A stretch of DNA of 64,000 nt from Fimicolochytrium jonesii (taxonomy: Eukaryota). The notes under the pieces are model-generated. The model was not told the DNA's origin. It saw nothing but the letters and a program-made list of their open reading frames with translations, and did not search any database. Below are positions 25,274-38,661 of this stretch, one piece after another. The position numbers and the translations under genes were made by a program. Location of the stretch: contig NW_026515679.1 of the NCBI RefSeq assembly GCF_025526975.1, positions 186,001-250,000 on the forward strand. The letters are read 5' to 3'. How positions within the stretch are numbered: the first letter of the stretch is position 1; each line of letters opens with the position of its first letter.

Positions 25274-25867
25274 TCGGGTTCTTAAAGAAAGAACGTCATC
25301 CGCAAACTGTTCGTGTGTTATAGGTTAGGTCTTGATAATTGGTTTCTTTTCCTCTGCTGGCTCTATGCTTTGAAAGCTTCGCGGGGTTGATCATGAGCAA
25401 TTCTGTTTTGAAGCTGAAGTGTATATGTACTAAGGTCCTAAATGTCTACAATGTTCTGTAATAGGGAATCCAACACTTTCAACTTGTTACTCATGCATGT
25501 GTTTATGGAGCTGTCTTCCTTGCCTTCCTTGTACATTTGGGGAACTTCCCATTGCCCAAAAATTTGGTGGTGCTTCTGTGTACGGTTTTGCTCAATAGAT
25601 GGCTGCACCTTGATCCAGTCTATTTCGGTGCACCGCGTGGATGGAAAAAACCTTACGCTAAAAGGCGGCACATTCACGCCAGTTGCAGGGACGCTCGTTT
25701 GTTCCCAAAAATGCCCTCAGCGCGAAACGACGAGAAGGTGTGGGGTTGCTGAGCTGAATAAAGTGTGTGCATTGCCGCTCAGAAATAAAAGCCGGACGTA
25801 CTTGCGAAGCCCTCTCCGAAAATCCCACATTCCTACTTTCACAAACCCTACACGAAACTAACGCAAC

Positions 25868-26954
25868 ATGAAGCTCTTCACTTCTGTCACCGTCGCGTTG
25901 GCCGTGCTCGCTCGCGTGAGCGCTCAGGATCCCAGCAGCACCGATGACTCCAGCACGGCCAGCAGTACTGGCACGAGCCCGGCAACCGGCGTTGCATCCA
26001 ATGCAACTGGAACCGCTACCGGAACCTCCGCGGCTACAAGCACCCCCGCCATCATCTCTGGCGGCAGCAATTCGACCGGGACGAACTCGACTGGAACCAA
26101 CTCTACTGCGACTGCAGGCAACTCTACCATCAGCAACCCGCTCGCTGGTTTCAACATCTCGGCCACTACTATCAATCCCGCCCTCAGCAAGGCTTGCACG
26201 GACTCGTTCCTCCCGCAGGTATATATATTTTATCAAGGCTACCAGAATTACTAGCTATCGTACTAATCTGATTTCGCGATACTCCTAGCTTACCTTCTTG
26301 CTCGACCCATGCGGCCTGACTCCGATCATCGGCGAGCTCGCGGCCATCGGTATGGCCAATACAACCGTCACTACCACCGTCGCTGTTGGGGTGATCGACA
26401 AGATCCTCAGCGACAAGGTCCTCACCGGCTTCTGCAGCGACGCTTGCACGAAAGCAGTCACATCAGCCGGCAGCGCCATCGCCACTGCCTGCGGCACGAC
26501 CCCATTGATCGTCTCGAACAGCACCGTCCCCTCTCAATTGTCGCCCGCGTTGGCCATCACAGCCGGCGACCTTGCTCCTACCATCAACTTCGCGCGTCAG
26601 GGAGCGTGTGTTAAAGATGCCGGAGCCTTCTGTGTCATTAGTCAGTGGACGCAGCTCAAGCCATTGGTAGCGACCAACGCCACGTTGACCGTCCCGCAGG
26701 CGTCCGCCTTCATATGCACGCCTTGCGTCGCCAAGGAGAGGGATGCGTGGACCGCTGCGACCGGGTTGCCTGCTAGCTTGAAGACTCCGGTTTCGGATGC
26801 CTTGGCTGAACTGAACAAGTCGTTGAGCGCTTGCCCCGCTGGTTCGTTGGTTTCTAAAGATGCGGGGGTCGGTAGCCACGCTTCGCAGATGGCGTCCGGT
26901 GCTGCTGCGGCCCTTGCTGGAGCCGTTGGGCTCGCTGTTGGGCTCGTTGGTTAG
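25868..26954 (+). CDS. Secreted Ser/Thr-rich, Cys-containing protein, probably GPI-anchored
   Basis: Exons 25868-26218 and 26289-26954. Signal peptide MKLFTSVTVALAVLARVSAQ, S/T tract with many N-x-S/T sites, about 10 Cys, hydrophobic C-terminus AAAALAGAVGLAVGLVG. Confidence 0.85.
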
Positions 26955-27294
26955 GGGATATTTACATTGCGCATAGCGAGGAGTTGCGGGTTTTAGATTT
27001 GATTTTGCTCTGTTGCCTATGGCTTTCTACACGGAAATATACTCTTGATGATTCTGACATGGACTCTATATCTCATGTTGGCCGGAGTTTCCGTGACAAA
27101 TGACGGGGCCGCGCTGTCGAATCTCAAATATTTTGTTCGCGGTGTGGGAATGAGGATGTGATATGATTATATGGAAAACATTACTGTGCAAGGAGCTACA
27201 TTACTACTACGTATGTTTGCAAAAACATCCGTGTAAATTGAGAGAAGAATCAGCACGCCCGGGGAAGAAGATGCCGCCTACGCTACAATACAAT

Positions 27295-29135
27295 CTACAA
27301 GTCTGCAACATCGAACTCCATGCCGGCCTTCCTCAGACGGTTAACGAGAGCCAGACCCATGGACGAAGCGGCAGTCGCGATACCACCCTTCACCTTGCCA
27401 GCAAACTGGCCGGTATGCTCCTTGGAAGCGAGATGGCCGCGGTCCAGGACGAGGCAGAGAGCTGACTCGGCGAGCATCAAACTTGTGCCAGCGTATCCGG
27501 GGTCTTGGTGACCGACGACGTTGGCGACGGCTTTGAGGCCACCCTATGGACGGAAGATGACGGTTAAGGCGTTTGCTACTTCACGCCACATGCTAGCAGA
27601 GGCTTACCTCAGTGGCTTCGTCACCGATCAGCTTGACCTTGAAGTATCCGTTATCCCTCTGCTCCTTAGTAGGGCCTGGAATAGAAGTTGATGAGATGAA
27701 GTCCCCGAGACGCACTATGCAGGGAATATCATGAACGCACCTGATCCAGCGGGGATGAACTTGTTCGCGGCCCAGTTGGCAGTCCATTGGAACGGAGGAA
27801 TCATCAACATCGCAGCTCCGATACCCATGCCTACGGACGTAGCACCCGCAGCGATAGCGTTCTTGTGTCCTTGGGTTTCCGTGTAGTTGAGCTTTGGGCC
27901 GTAGGCGTTGCCAAGCAGAGCGTTGGAGCGGTGGACGTATTTGACGTTCGCAGACGCCATGATGAAGTGCGATTGCCATGTTTTGAGGTCCTTGTCGTAC
28001 CGGAAGTTGGAAGGAGCCTTCTTCTCATCACCGCGGGCCGCTAGGATTGAGAGAGAGGGAGAGAGAATGGGCAATTGAGATGAGAGTGGAATATTGATTT
28101 GCAAGCGGCAGACTTCGGTGGACGTACCATCAGCGGGGCAAAGGTAGTAAGGATCGGCCATCTTGGCCAGTTCCTTGTATGAGGTTGTGTTGACAATGTT
28201 GAGGATCGAGCCAACAGTTCCGCCTGACACGCCTCCTTTGAAGTCCTCCACGCTGCACCTCACTCCTCCGAGCTGCTTTCCTTTGCTTGCAAAGTGATTC
28301 GCGAGACTACAGAAAAATCAGTTTTAGTAGTTGGTCCAAGTAAGACCATTTCATGGTTGATCACATACAGGAATGTGCCGAGATCTGAGGGGATAGAGTC
28401 GAATCCACAACTTGGGACAATCAGGGTACCGTCAGCAACTGCCTTGTCGTGGTATTTCTCAATGATGTTCTTGATGAAAGGTGGCTCGCCCGTGCTATCA
28501 ATGTAATCGGTGCGGTTTCGTACGCACGCGGCAACTGTGATGGAATTGTTAGCGGATGGCTGGTCTGGGTAGGGTAGGGTCCATTCTGCGGTCTCACTCA
28601 CCAAGAGGCTCGCCATGCAAAGCGAATGGTCCCACGGTCGAGATGACCACCTTCGCTTGTGAAACAAGCTTGTCCATGGAGGCTTCATCGTCAAGTTTGG
28701 CAGTAAGGATAGTGATGTCCTATGATACGCAGCGTCGATGTTCAGCCATACAAGCCCCCTGATGCAGAATTTGTCCTCTCCCTTCGTACCTTACTCCCAG
28801 GAGCAGCCTCAGCGATGCGCTTGGCGACAGCTTCCAGCTTTTCCTGGCTACGTCCAGCAATTGCAAACTTCACATCCTACAACTGCAGTGGTAAGAGATC
28901 GCGTTCCGTACTCCGACCATTTCGAGCCCGGGAAAGCAAAGCACAACGTACTTTGGGAGCTTTGATCGCAAGGTACTCAGCGACCAAGGCACCAGTGAAA
29001 CCGGTGGCACCCCAGACTAGAAAAGTATTGAAGCACAAGGTGAGAAATTGACCTTCTCTCGCAGGAATTGGTCGTGCTGGACGTACCAATGATGTCGAAG
29101 GGCCTGTTCTTGTTGCGTTCAGTGTAGTCAGACAT
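27295..29135 (-). CDS. Saccharopine dehydrogenase-like oxidoreductase (SCCPDH family)
   Basis: Multi-exon. FDIIVWGATGFTG (Rossmann fold), IAGRSQEKL, VISTVGPF, YIDSTGE, SCGFDSIPSDLG, GGVSGGT, DPGYAGTSLMLAESALCL. Confidence 0.92.
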
Positions 29136-29673
29136 GGCTTATGAGTTCGATGTTATAGGTTTGATTTACGTTGAGCTATCCTTCAAATTCAACAGGGGAC
29201 TTCATGCGGAGGACTTCTTATGAGCCTTGAGGTTGGACGTTTCCATTCTTGCCGTATGGTGAAGTCATCATATGCGTCGTACGGGCGGAGGCAGTTCAGC
29301 CTCGGCACCAAGGCGGCACCCAAGGCTCAAGCCACGCGTAACGCGTTACAACTGGCGGACGTTCAAACCTCCGCCGATGAGCCAAAAAGTCAACTCAAAA
29401 AAGACACAGGCCAAAACCCGTCACACGAGGCTCCCCACCTACCCCACTGTCAACTCATGAAATGTGACAAGGTCAACGAAATGTGGGTTGATTTGAACCC
29501 CCTGTTACCGAACTCAATTGCCAATACAAGAAGCAGTGCATCGACAGCAGGACATGAGCATAGTGAATCAAGATCGTCTTACAAAAATTAATCGCGCTCA
29601 CGGTAGCGGGACACTCTTATGCCCAAAATGGCCGGGCTTGGGTATTTTGACGCATGTCGACGACTACACGTCG

Positions 29674-32600
29674 CTAGAAGAAGTTTGTCACCCACTGCAG
29701 TTGTCGAAAGAAAAAACATTTATCAGTGTCGTTAGCGTGTGCAAGATGCAAATGGTTACCTGCCAGCCTGAAAGCAGTTGAACGCACCTGAAAAAGATCA
29801 CTAGGCCCCCGATCCCCTTTATTTTTCCGCCGATACTCTTTCTCATCAATATCCGTCATCTCCAACCCCCTCCTATTCATCTTCTTCCTCCTCCGTTCCA
29901 TCCCATTCTGCACAGCCTCCCCATCCGCCGCCCAGTACATCGCCTCATCCTCCTCCGCACTCCCAAACGACGCCAGGGACGAGGGCGCCGTTTCCGTGCC
30001 CGGCGCGTTGAGCGAGGTGATGATGAACGCGTACTCGTACGCTAAGTTCTCGAGGAAGGAGTATTGCCCGGAGCTGCCGCCGTGCCCGGCGTCTTCGATG
30101 CGGAGGAGGAGATTGGAGTGGGTGGGTTTGGGGGGGACGTCAGCGTCGTTGGATGTGCCGCCGGCCATGGCGGGGAGGGAGAGGTAGGCCGGGTTCTTGC
30201 GGGATGTGCCGCCTGGTGTCGAGGCGTTGTTGGTCTCTTCGTCGCCTTCGCTTAGGGTCGCGATGCGGGATTTGTCCTTTTGGCTGGATTTGAGGATGTT
30301 TTTCCAGCGCCGTTTCTCGCCGCGCATCTTGGCGACGAATTTAAGGGGTTCGAAGAATGCTACTCGGGGATCGTTCATGCCGCCGACGACGAGGAGGTGT
30401 GGGTACGCGTTGTTGGCCAACGCTTGCCCGCGGATGTTGGTGTAAGGACAGTACATCTTCATCACATCATAGATGTCCTTGTCAGTGGGATTGCCCCACT
30501 CCTCCCACTCGAACGCCGTCCACGGTATGCTGCTGTCGAACATGGTATTGATCACATCGACAAACGGCACCTCGGTGAGAGCCGCCGCGAAAAGATCCGG
30601 GCGCATGTTGATGACGGCGCCGATGAGCAGGCCGCCAGCTGAGCGTCCGTATATGCCTAGTTTCGATGGGCTCGTGTACCCTTCTTTGCAGAGGTACTCG
30701 GCAACGGCACAAAAGTCGAGGAAGGTGTTGGGCTTCTTGGCCAGTTTGCCTTCTTCGTACCATCCTTTGCCCATGTCGGCTCCACCGCGGACGTGCGCGG
30801 CTGCGTAAATAAATCCTCGATCCAGAAGTGACAATCGAGACGCGGAGAAGATTGGGTTGACAAACGCCCCGTATGCACCGTACGCGTGCAAGAGACATGG
30901 GTTCGGTTCCGGTGGATCCATGTTCTGTCCGACCAAGTCACGCCGGTACACGATAGAGATGGGAACCGCCGTCCCGTCAACGCTAGTCGCAAACAAACGC
31001 CGGGACGAATACATCGATCGGTCGTACCCGCCAATATGTTCCTCATACACCACCGTCATGGTCCGATCATCCATATTGTAGTCCACAACCTGCTTCGGCT
31101 GCACGAAAGACGTGTACGTGAAACGAAAGATGTTGGTGTCAAACTGCGACGCCTTTGCCATCGCGCGCTCCTCCTCTCTCACAGTCCCAGGCCAGAGGGA
31201 GTAGACCATCTCGCCGAAACTGATGTAGTGGTAGGAGTTGAACCCGTCATTCGAGAGATCCACAATACGAACATTCTGCAAACAATTCGATCGTTCGAAT
31301 ACGATGAGGCGGTTTCGCCGCATCTCGAAGGTTTCGATGAGCACGAAATCGCGGTGCTCGATGACGGTTTCGCGTGAATCGACCAGTTCCTCGATTGAGG
31401 CCGAGGTTGGCGAGCCAGCTTTCGGTAGCGGAATGCGGAAGAGCCAGTTGTTTTTTGAGTCTTCGTTTGTCAAGACGTAAAAGTATGCTCCGTGGTTCTC
31501 GCACATGTATTGTATGTTCTCCCGCCGTGGGAAAAGCAACATGGGCTTCAGATCCGGTTCCCTTGTAGATATGATACGCGTCTCTGAGGTAACTTGCGCG
31601 GCCGTATTGAGAAGAATGAATCGACCGTTGCAGGTCTTTGTCATGGAAAGGAAAAACATCTCGTCCTCTTCATGGTACAAGAGCTCATCATCTTCTACTT
31701 TCGTGCCCAGCTTGTGCCGCAAGAACTTGTACGCCCGTTCAGTATCATCCAAAATTGTGTAGAATACGCTATTGTCATGCGCGAATTCCAAATCCTCGTA
31801 TACTCCTTCTATTCGATCAGGAAGCAACGTCCTGCTTTCCATGTCCATGAAGTACGTCGTCTGCCTCTCATTTCCGGTGGAGTCGATACCGTACGCGATC
31901 AGTTTGCCATCAGGCGAGTGTTTCAGGAAACCCACTCGGAAGTATGACGCATCAACAAATTCCGGTGAGTTTGCGAGTACGTTCTCGTCGAGGTATACCT
32001 CCTCTCCTGCATCCTCTTTTGATCGGCAATGAATGTGATACTCTTGTCCCGCTGACTAAAGAAACGGATCGACGAGCATCAGTGCCAGACCCAGCGGAGA
32101 CATCAACGCAGACAATTCGCACAAACCTTCTTCCTGTAGTAAGTCCAGCCATCTTGCATTGTGACATGAGCTGAATGCTCCTCTTCATCAATACGCGACA
32201 CAAACTCCTTGTACAGGAGTTTTTGCAAAGGCTTCGTGTGCTCAAGTACTGTCGACGCGTAGTCATTCTCCCTCTGGATGTAGTCCAGCACCTCAGGGTT
32301 CTCACGGTCAGTCAGCCATCCATAGTCATCTTCCCACGTCTCTCCGTGAATGTTGACGGACTTTTCTGGCTTCCGCTGACACACCGGGGACGGCGGCCGT
32401 GGGGGCTCCTTTGGGTCGTTCTTTGTTTGAACTTCTGCAATGAGTTCTCTTAGCTTCTCCCACACTTCAGCACAAGAGTCTGGGTTGGCCAAACAGAATT
32501 CCTCGAGGAAGTGGCCTATCGCCGGTACGACCTGAACAAGATTGCTTGGCTCGCTCTTGATGTATTCGTCTAGGGCCGGTAGATTGGCAAGCGGGGGGTG

Positions 32601-32774
32601 TAGGGTTGAGTGGGCTTTATCATGGCGCGGGGTGTGAATGTCCTGGCCGATGGAGGCCTGACGCGATATACTATCGCTGCGCTGTTTCTCTGATAGCTTG
32701 AGGGTTGCTCGTCTAGTGCTGCCTACTGGTGGCGAGTCTGAAAGCAGCGGGGTAGCTAGATCCGGGCGTGACAT
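29674..32774 (-). CDS. ptrB: Oligopeptidase B / protease II (peptidase S9A) with N- and C-terminal extensions
   Basis: Introns near 32124-32056 and 29787-29695. HGETWEDDYGWL..ENDYA (S9_N); catalytic triad GRSAGG, NDPRV, DAGHGG; AHVRGGADMG..WYEEGKL. Confidence 0.93.
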
Positions 32775-33139
32775 TGCGCACCTGTATAGTTATGGACTTG
32801 GAGCCTGTGCAAAGCGAAAGGAAGTAGGAAAGACAGGCGAGGGAACTCTCCTCAGAGGGATGCACGCGTGAGTCAGCGCGTTTGCTGTTTTCTTGTCCCA
32901 GTCCGCGGACTCGAGCCATCACCAACCTGCCAAGTTGCCAACTGACACCGTCATCAGTCAGCTTCGCACTTGCCGAGAAAAACACAGATCATCACTTCTC
33001 TCCTCTGTGAAGTTTGGGGGAACCGCTCCTTGGCATCGCGCTCCTATAAAGTAGAGTTTGGGCTGAAAAAGCCAGCAGGCCAATTCTGTAGATTATCGTA
33101 TTCCCAGAAGCATAGCGCAAGTGGAACAGGACTATCAGA

Positions 33140-35466
33140 ATGCCCCGCCGAAACAACGTTCGAATCGTAATATACGTAGGCGTAGCAATCATCCTACTGC
33201 TCTACTTCTCGTCCTTTGGCACGGCCCCTCCGAGAAACTTTCGACTACGGGATGAGGACGAAACTGCAGATGATCTACGGTGGCGGGATGCACCACAACA
33301 GCCGCTGGGGCCTGACAGGGTGCCTCACGCCAACGACGAGCCGGACGCCGCTCCTCCTCCTGTTCGAGAGCCCATGCCTGCAGAAGACGTGTTCAAAGGC
33401 GCTGAAGACAAGACGGGGTTGGGGCAGCAATGGCGAGGACGGCCAGCGGAGGAAGACGGGCAAGGGACTGGGAGTGACACACCCGGGAGAGTCGCTCCAC
33501 CATCAATGGGCGGCAAGCAGCCGGGCACGGCGGGGATGGAGACGATTGGACATCATTATCCCTTCCCCCCATTTATGCCAGAAGAGCGAGATCAGGCCGA
33601 TCGCGAGATGATGAAGACCGTGCAGAATATGATGATCCACGCCTGGGACTCGTACTACAAAACAGCCGCGGGTGCCGACGAGCTAAAGCCGGTATCGGGC
33701 GGGAAGCACAACTGGTATGGGGAGACATCTGTCCTATCAACGCCCATCGACGCCATGGACACGTTGCGGATGATGGGGCTGGATAGCCGATATGAACAAG
33801 CAAAGGGCTTGGTGTTAAAAAATCTTGATTTCGATATTGACGTTGAGGTCAATCTATTCGAGACCACCATCCGAGTCCTGGGCGGTTTGCTCAGTGCGTG
33901 GGAGTTTGATGACGACCCACGGTATTTGAAGCTTGCTGAAGACCTCGCAGACCGGATGATGGGCGCGTTCGACACGCCGACGGGGCTACCCCTCAATTTT
34001 TTCAATCTGAAACATAAGAATGCCTCCGGGCATGGAACTACCTTGTCGCAGGCGGGAACGCTGCAGCTGGAACTGCAGTATCTCAGCGATGTTACCGGAA
34101 ACGCGAAGTATGCCGAGAAAGCTTTGAAAGTCTACGACATCATGCACAGTGCGGGATTCGCTATCAAGGGTCTATACCCTATCGAATGGTCCACTGATAA
34201 CATCGACGGCATTAAAAGTAAGCTGCTCATTTATATTCGACGGGAAGATCCAGCGCCCTCTAAAGCTTTGCCCCCATATCTAGATGGTGCTGGACAGCGA
34301 TACGGGCTGGGGGCGAACTCGGATTCATTCTATGAATATATGCTGAAGGTATGGATGGCAACTGGGGAGGAGAAGTACCGGGAGTGGTATGACGAGTCTG
34401 CCGAGGTACGTCCGAGCTTCATGCATAGCCCATTGTGGTCGCCCCTTTTGAGCATGACTAAAGGGGCCATACTGTACAAAAAGGCTTTGAAAACGCACCT
34501 AGTTGAGAGGAAGGGCGACCGTGTTTTCGTTCCGGACGCAAGGTACGCTTCGACTGAAGCCGTGCATAAAGTAGACTCAATCCACCACTTGGTACGTGGC
34601 GAGCCGTTTCTCCATTGAGCCCTTTGCTGCAGACCCACCCATTGAAACTTCACTCCTGGCAGACGTGTTTCGCGGGCGGAATGTTCTCAACAGGTGCTCT
34701 GACACGGCGCCGCAGCTACTGGACGGCCTTCCTGGATATTGGCCGGAGTATCACGCATACTTGCTGGGAGGCGTATAAGCGGACGCCAACGGGGCTGGGG
34801 CCGGATGAGTGGGTCATGGACACTATGGTCGCGAAGGATACAAACTATTTCCTGCGGTACGTTTGCAACTCACCATCGGTAATGAGTGTTGTCTCTAAAG
34901 GAACCACTTGCTCAATCGCCCTCCTTTATCGCTCCCCTCCTCGGCGTCGTTGAATCAGACCGGAAACCATCGAATCCATCTTTTACATGTGGCGCTTCAC
35001 CCACGACGAAACGTACCGCGAGATGGGCCGGGCCTTTGCCGCCTCCCTCAACAAACACTGCAAGCTCGCCAACGGCTTCTCCGGGCTTCTCGACGTGAGC
35101 AGCAAGGGACCAGCTAACCACCGAGATCTGCAAGAATCGTTCTTCCTTGCCGAGACGCTCAAGTACCTGTACCTGCTGTTTGCGGATGATGATACAATCC
35201 CGCTGGAGGCGTTTGTTTTTAATACGGAGGGGCATCCGTTGAGTATGAGGGGTTGGGGGCGGAGAAAGGGGCTAAAGAGGGGGAGTAGTGGTGTTGGGGC
35301 GGGGAAGAAGGGGATAAGGGATGTGGAGAACAAGGCGAAGGAGGCGAAGCTTCAAAAGATCGACGTGAGCGGTTTGGCCTTTGAGGCGAAAGGTGTGGGA
35401 TCGAAGGAGAGCACGGGGCCCGCCAACTTGGCCAGCGGAGATCCATCATTAGAAGTGTCCGCATGA
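33140..35466 (+). CDS. Class I alpha-1,2-mannosidase (GH47), type II membrane protein
   Basis: Five exons. N-terminal TM; HAWDSY, DELKPVS, LFETTIRVLGGLLSA, GTLQLELQYLS, GANSDSFYEYMLK, RPETIES, QESFFLAETLKYLYLLF, FNTEGHP. Confidence 0.95.
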
Positions 35467-35891
35467 GTTTCATCATTTTGCTGGCGTATGTGTTGTTCAA
35501 AAGGTGTGTCTGGTGGGCATAGCATATTGCGAAGGTGTAGAACGCTCTCCACATGTTCAATTATGTGTCATAATTTCACCATGTGGTCGGATCGCAGAGA
35601 AATGTTTCGTGGTTCATGGAGACGCAAGGTTTTACTTGCCAGCCTGAGGGAGAGGCCGCCTTCCAACATTCAGTAAAAGGACGCAGGTGCTGCGTCCCCT
35701 TCCTGAGAATTCCCGCGTCTCAGGCGAAGACAACAGGTGAGATTTTCCCAGACCTAACCTCATATTTCCTACGGGTTGGACTGATTGATGTGACATGACT
35801 CCTACTACCAGACAACTTCTCTTTGGTCTTGAAAACTACGCAAGTCCACCTGCAACCCCGTGCGGCCCAAATTTTAGGGTAGATGGTTCTA

Positions 35892-35997
35892 TCACGCATG
35901 TAAATACAATGGGATAGATTCAATGGCTCGCGAGTACCTCATCTATATGTATGTCATGTGTAGTATGTGTGTGTGGGGTATGGGTTCGTAGGTGGTT
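35892..35997 (+). repeat. Dispersed copy of the repeat at 12881
   Basis: TCACGCATGTAAATACAATGGGATAGATTCAATGGC..GTATGTGTGTGTGGGGTATGGGTTCGTAGGTGG aligns with 12881-12966. Confidence 0.75.
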
Positions 35998-36738
35998 TCC
36001 GAACAGTACAGTGTTCGCGTTTTGCTGACGGAGGTGGTGTTTTCCAATTTCCCATGGGGGTTGTCCGAAGGCTTGCAAAAGGGCATGTCCGATCTGAATG
36101 CTCCGACCGACTCCGAGAAGGTCACGTCCTTGTGTGACGGGCGGGGGCGGGGACATCAGTGGATTGGCGAAGGCGCAATCTAGCTGCCATTGCGTGCGAT
36201 TTAAGACCTGATGAATAAGGCTCTTAAGCGGGGCATGAGATTATTAATATACGCGCGACCGCGTTCGCTTTGTCAGTTTTTGGAGCTTTCCCTTCACTCC
36301 CGCTCGTCCGGCCTCCTTTTGGCCCTCGTTCATGTTCGTGTTCCGTCCGTTTTCGCCAAGAAAGAGAAATAAAGGCCACGCCATGGGGAGGCCGTCGTAG
36401 TAGCGGAGCAGTTGTTGAAGGATTTTACGTCGTTTGTCAGACGGACTGTTGTTGCAATTTCGGAAAAGCCACGGACACTTATAGAGCGAGAGCCATTGGC
36501 ATTACTTGAGCACCTGTGAACGTCCGCAATTTCCTCCTCGCAAGTTGGACATATATAAAGGCCGTAGCTTGCACTTTCGGCTCGGGCATTAGTTCTTTCT
36601 TGCTTCCAACATCAAGACTGTTCAAGTTCCCACGACCTTGTGCCTCGCCGTTACGCACTCGAACTTGTACCTCAGTCATACCATACTGCGCCTTACCAAC
36701 CGTCAGTTCCACCATCTGAGTCTTTATCCATCCCCGTA

Positions 36739-37866
36739 ATGTCCGCCTGGCTCGCAGTCTCTCCCATTGTCGGGTGGGGCTATTTCGTCGCGTGGAGCGT
36801 CAGCTTTTATCCTCAGGTATGCAGACGGGTGATTTTGCCCCACGCGTGAATGTTTGGCTGACTCGTTCATCTTCCGCTAGGTTATCCTCAACTACAAACG
36901 CAAAAGCGTAGAAGGCCTGTCTTTGGACTTTGTTTCGCTGAATCTGTGGGGTTTCTTGTGCTATTCGGTGAGGATCGCCTGTTTCGATGGAGCGTGCTTA
37001 CCCTCAGAAATACTGACCGGAGATGGTTGTCGTCCTAGCTATACAATATCGGACTGTACGTCAACCGTAAAGGATGGGGGATAGAAAACAGTGTCCACCT
37101 GAACGACGTCGTCTTTGCGTTACATGCCTTGACCTTGACTGGTATGTCTTTACAGGAAGCCCGAGGGTCCATAGACCCGATATTGATGCAACGTCTTTCT
37201 TAGGTCTCACTGCAGTGCAGACTGTGCTGTATACCCGAGCGCGAGGACAACGCGTGTCTTCAGCAACGAAACTCTTCATCACCGTCACGTCCGCCTGCGT
37301 CTTGCTAGCTGGCGGCCTCGCAGCGACTGGCGCCATTCCGATTCTGCGGCTATTATACCTACTGTCATATGTGAAGATGGCTGTCAGCTTGATCAAGTAT
37401 ATCCCACAAGCTTTCCTGAATCGCACCCGACAATCGACTGAGGGATGGAGCATCGTAGTAAGTAACTCTTAGGTCACACCCATTCCAGCATGAGTTTGTA
37501 ACGGCCTTGTGCCTTCCTCTCATTAGAACATCCTCCTCGACCTGACCGGCGGGACCCTTTCTCTGCTGCAAATATTTGCGGACAGTGCGGTGACCGGCGA
37601 CTGGTCTGCCATCACTCGCAACCCCGTGAAGTTCGGCCTCGGGCTGGTCTCAATAGGCTTTGTAAGTATCAATCAGCATTGATGTTTGGATCACGGTGTC
37701 CAGTTCCAGTCTCCTGACATTCTTTCCCCTATAGGATTTCATCTTTGTCCTCCAACATTACGTGCTGTACAGGCACAAGCCCGCAAAGGACATATTACCG
37801 ACATTCGTCAAGTCGGAAGAAAGGAGAGAGACCGACCCCCTACTACCGCGATCGATACCCGTCTGA
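36739..37866 (+). CDS. ERS1: Cystinosin/ERS1-type PQ-loop lysosomal or vacuolar transporter
   Basis: Six exons. [73 protein letters not shown]-terminal ETDPLL acidic dileucine motif. Confidence 0.92.
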
Positions 37867-38661
37867 ACGCCAAAAGTTTGAAACCGTTATCCGCAGCCTG
37901 GCTGCACCCCGATACCCAAGTTTGCCTCTCTCCCTCGGATCTGTGAAATGTGGTCCGCTACGTCTCGAAATCAAGTTGAAGACTTTTCCGACGAGTTATA
38001 CTAGACTCGGCACATCCTACCTGCCTTGCTACTTGGGTAGGATGTGTTTGCCTTTCGCTTCGCTTGAAGCCGCTCCCATGCACTGTAAGCTACGTGGAGC
38101 CTTTGAGCGGCATCCATCTCTCTTCTTCTTTGCACATAATTTTTGAACTTGCACATAGACTGCTTCGGACTCTTAAAAAGAGTGGGTCCCCATAGAAACG
38201 AGTCTTGTAAAACATTTCCAAATGGCTCGATGTGCAAGCTGGTGCTGAATTTCAGCAGCAGATCACGCAGGGCCGCGAGTTTGGCGCGTTTGTGGGTTAG
38301 GGTTCTGGGTTACGCGCTCACATCATCCGGTTTGAATTTCGTTGCTTTTACACCATGGCCGCTAAGCAAGCCCCTCGGTACTCTGTCGGTACTGGTTGTA
38401 GCGATCACGTACTGTATGCTTCATTACTCACTCAGATTTTATATGTGTAGCTGGCAAGGAAGGTTTCCTAGTCGACGAGCCAACCCTGTACCCCGAGGTG
38501 TTCAAGGACAAGAAAGTCATATATGCAGTCGACGGTTCCTATTCACAAGAAAGTCGTCTCCCCTCCCCTTGTTTTCGGAGGCCACGAACTGTCAACTCCT
38601 CCTTCGGCTTTGTCAACGTTGCAGTCGTACACAACCCACGACGTCGAGAGGAAGTCCCAGA

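Noticed and set aside
29334..29346. Tandem ACGCGT (MCB-like) boxes upstream of the SCCPDH-like gene
   Set aside because: Six-mers are frequent at this GC content and the gene is not an obvious cell-cycle target.
36208..36260. CTGATGA as a hammerhead ribozyme core (also at about 17859)
   Set aside because: No stem II followed by GAAA and no flanking helices.
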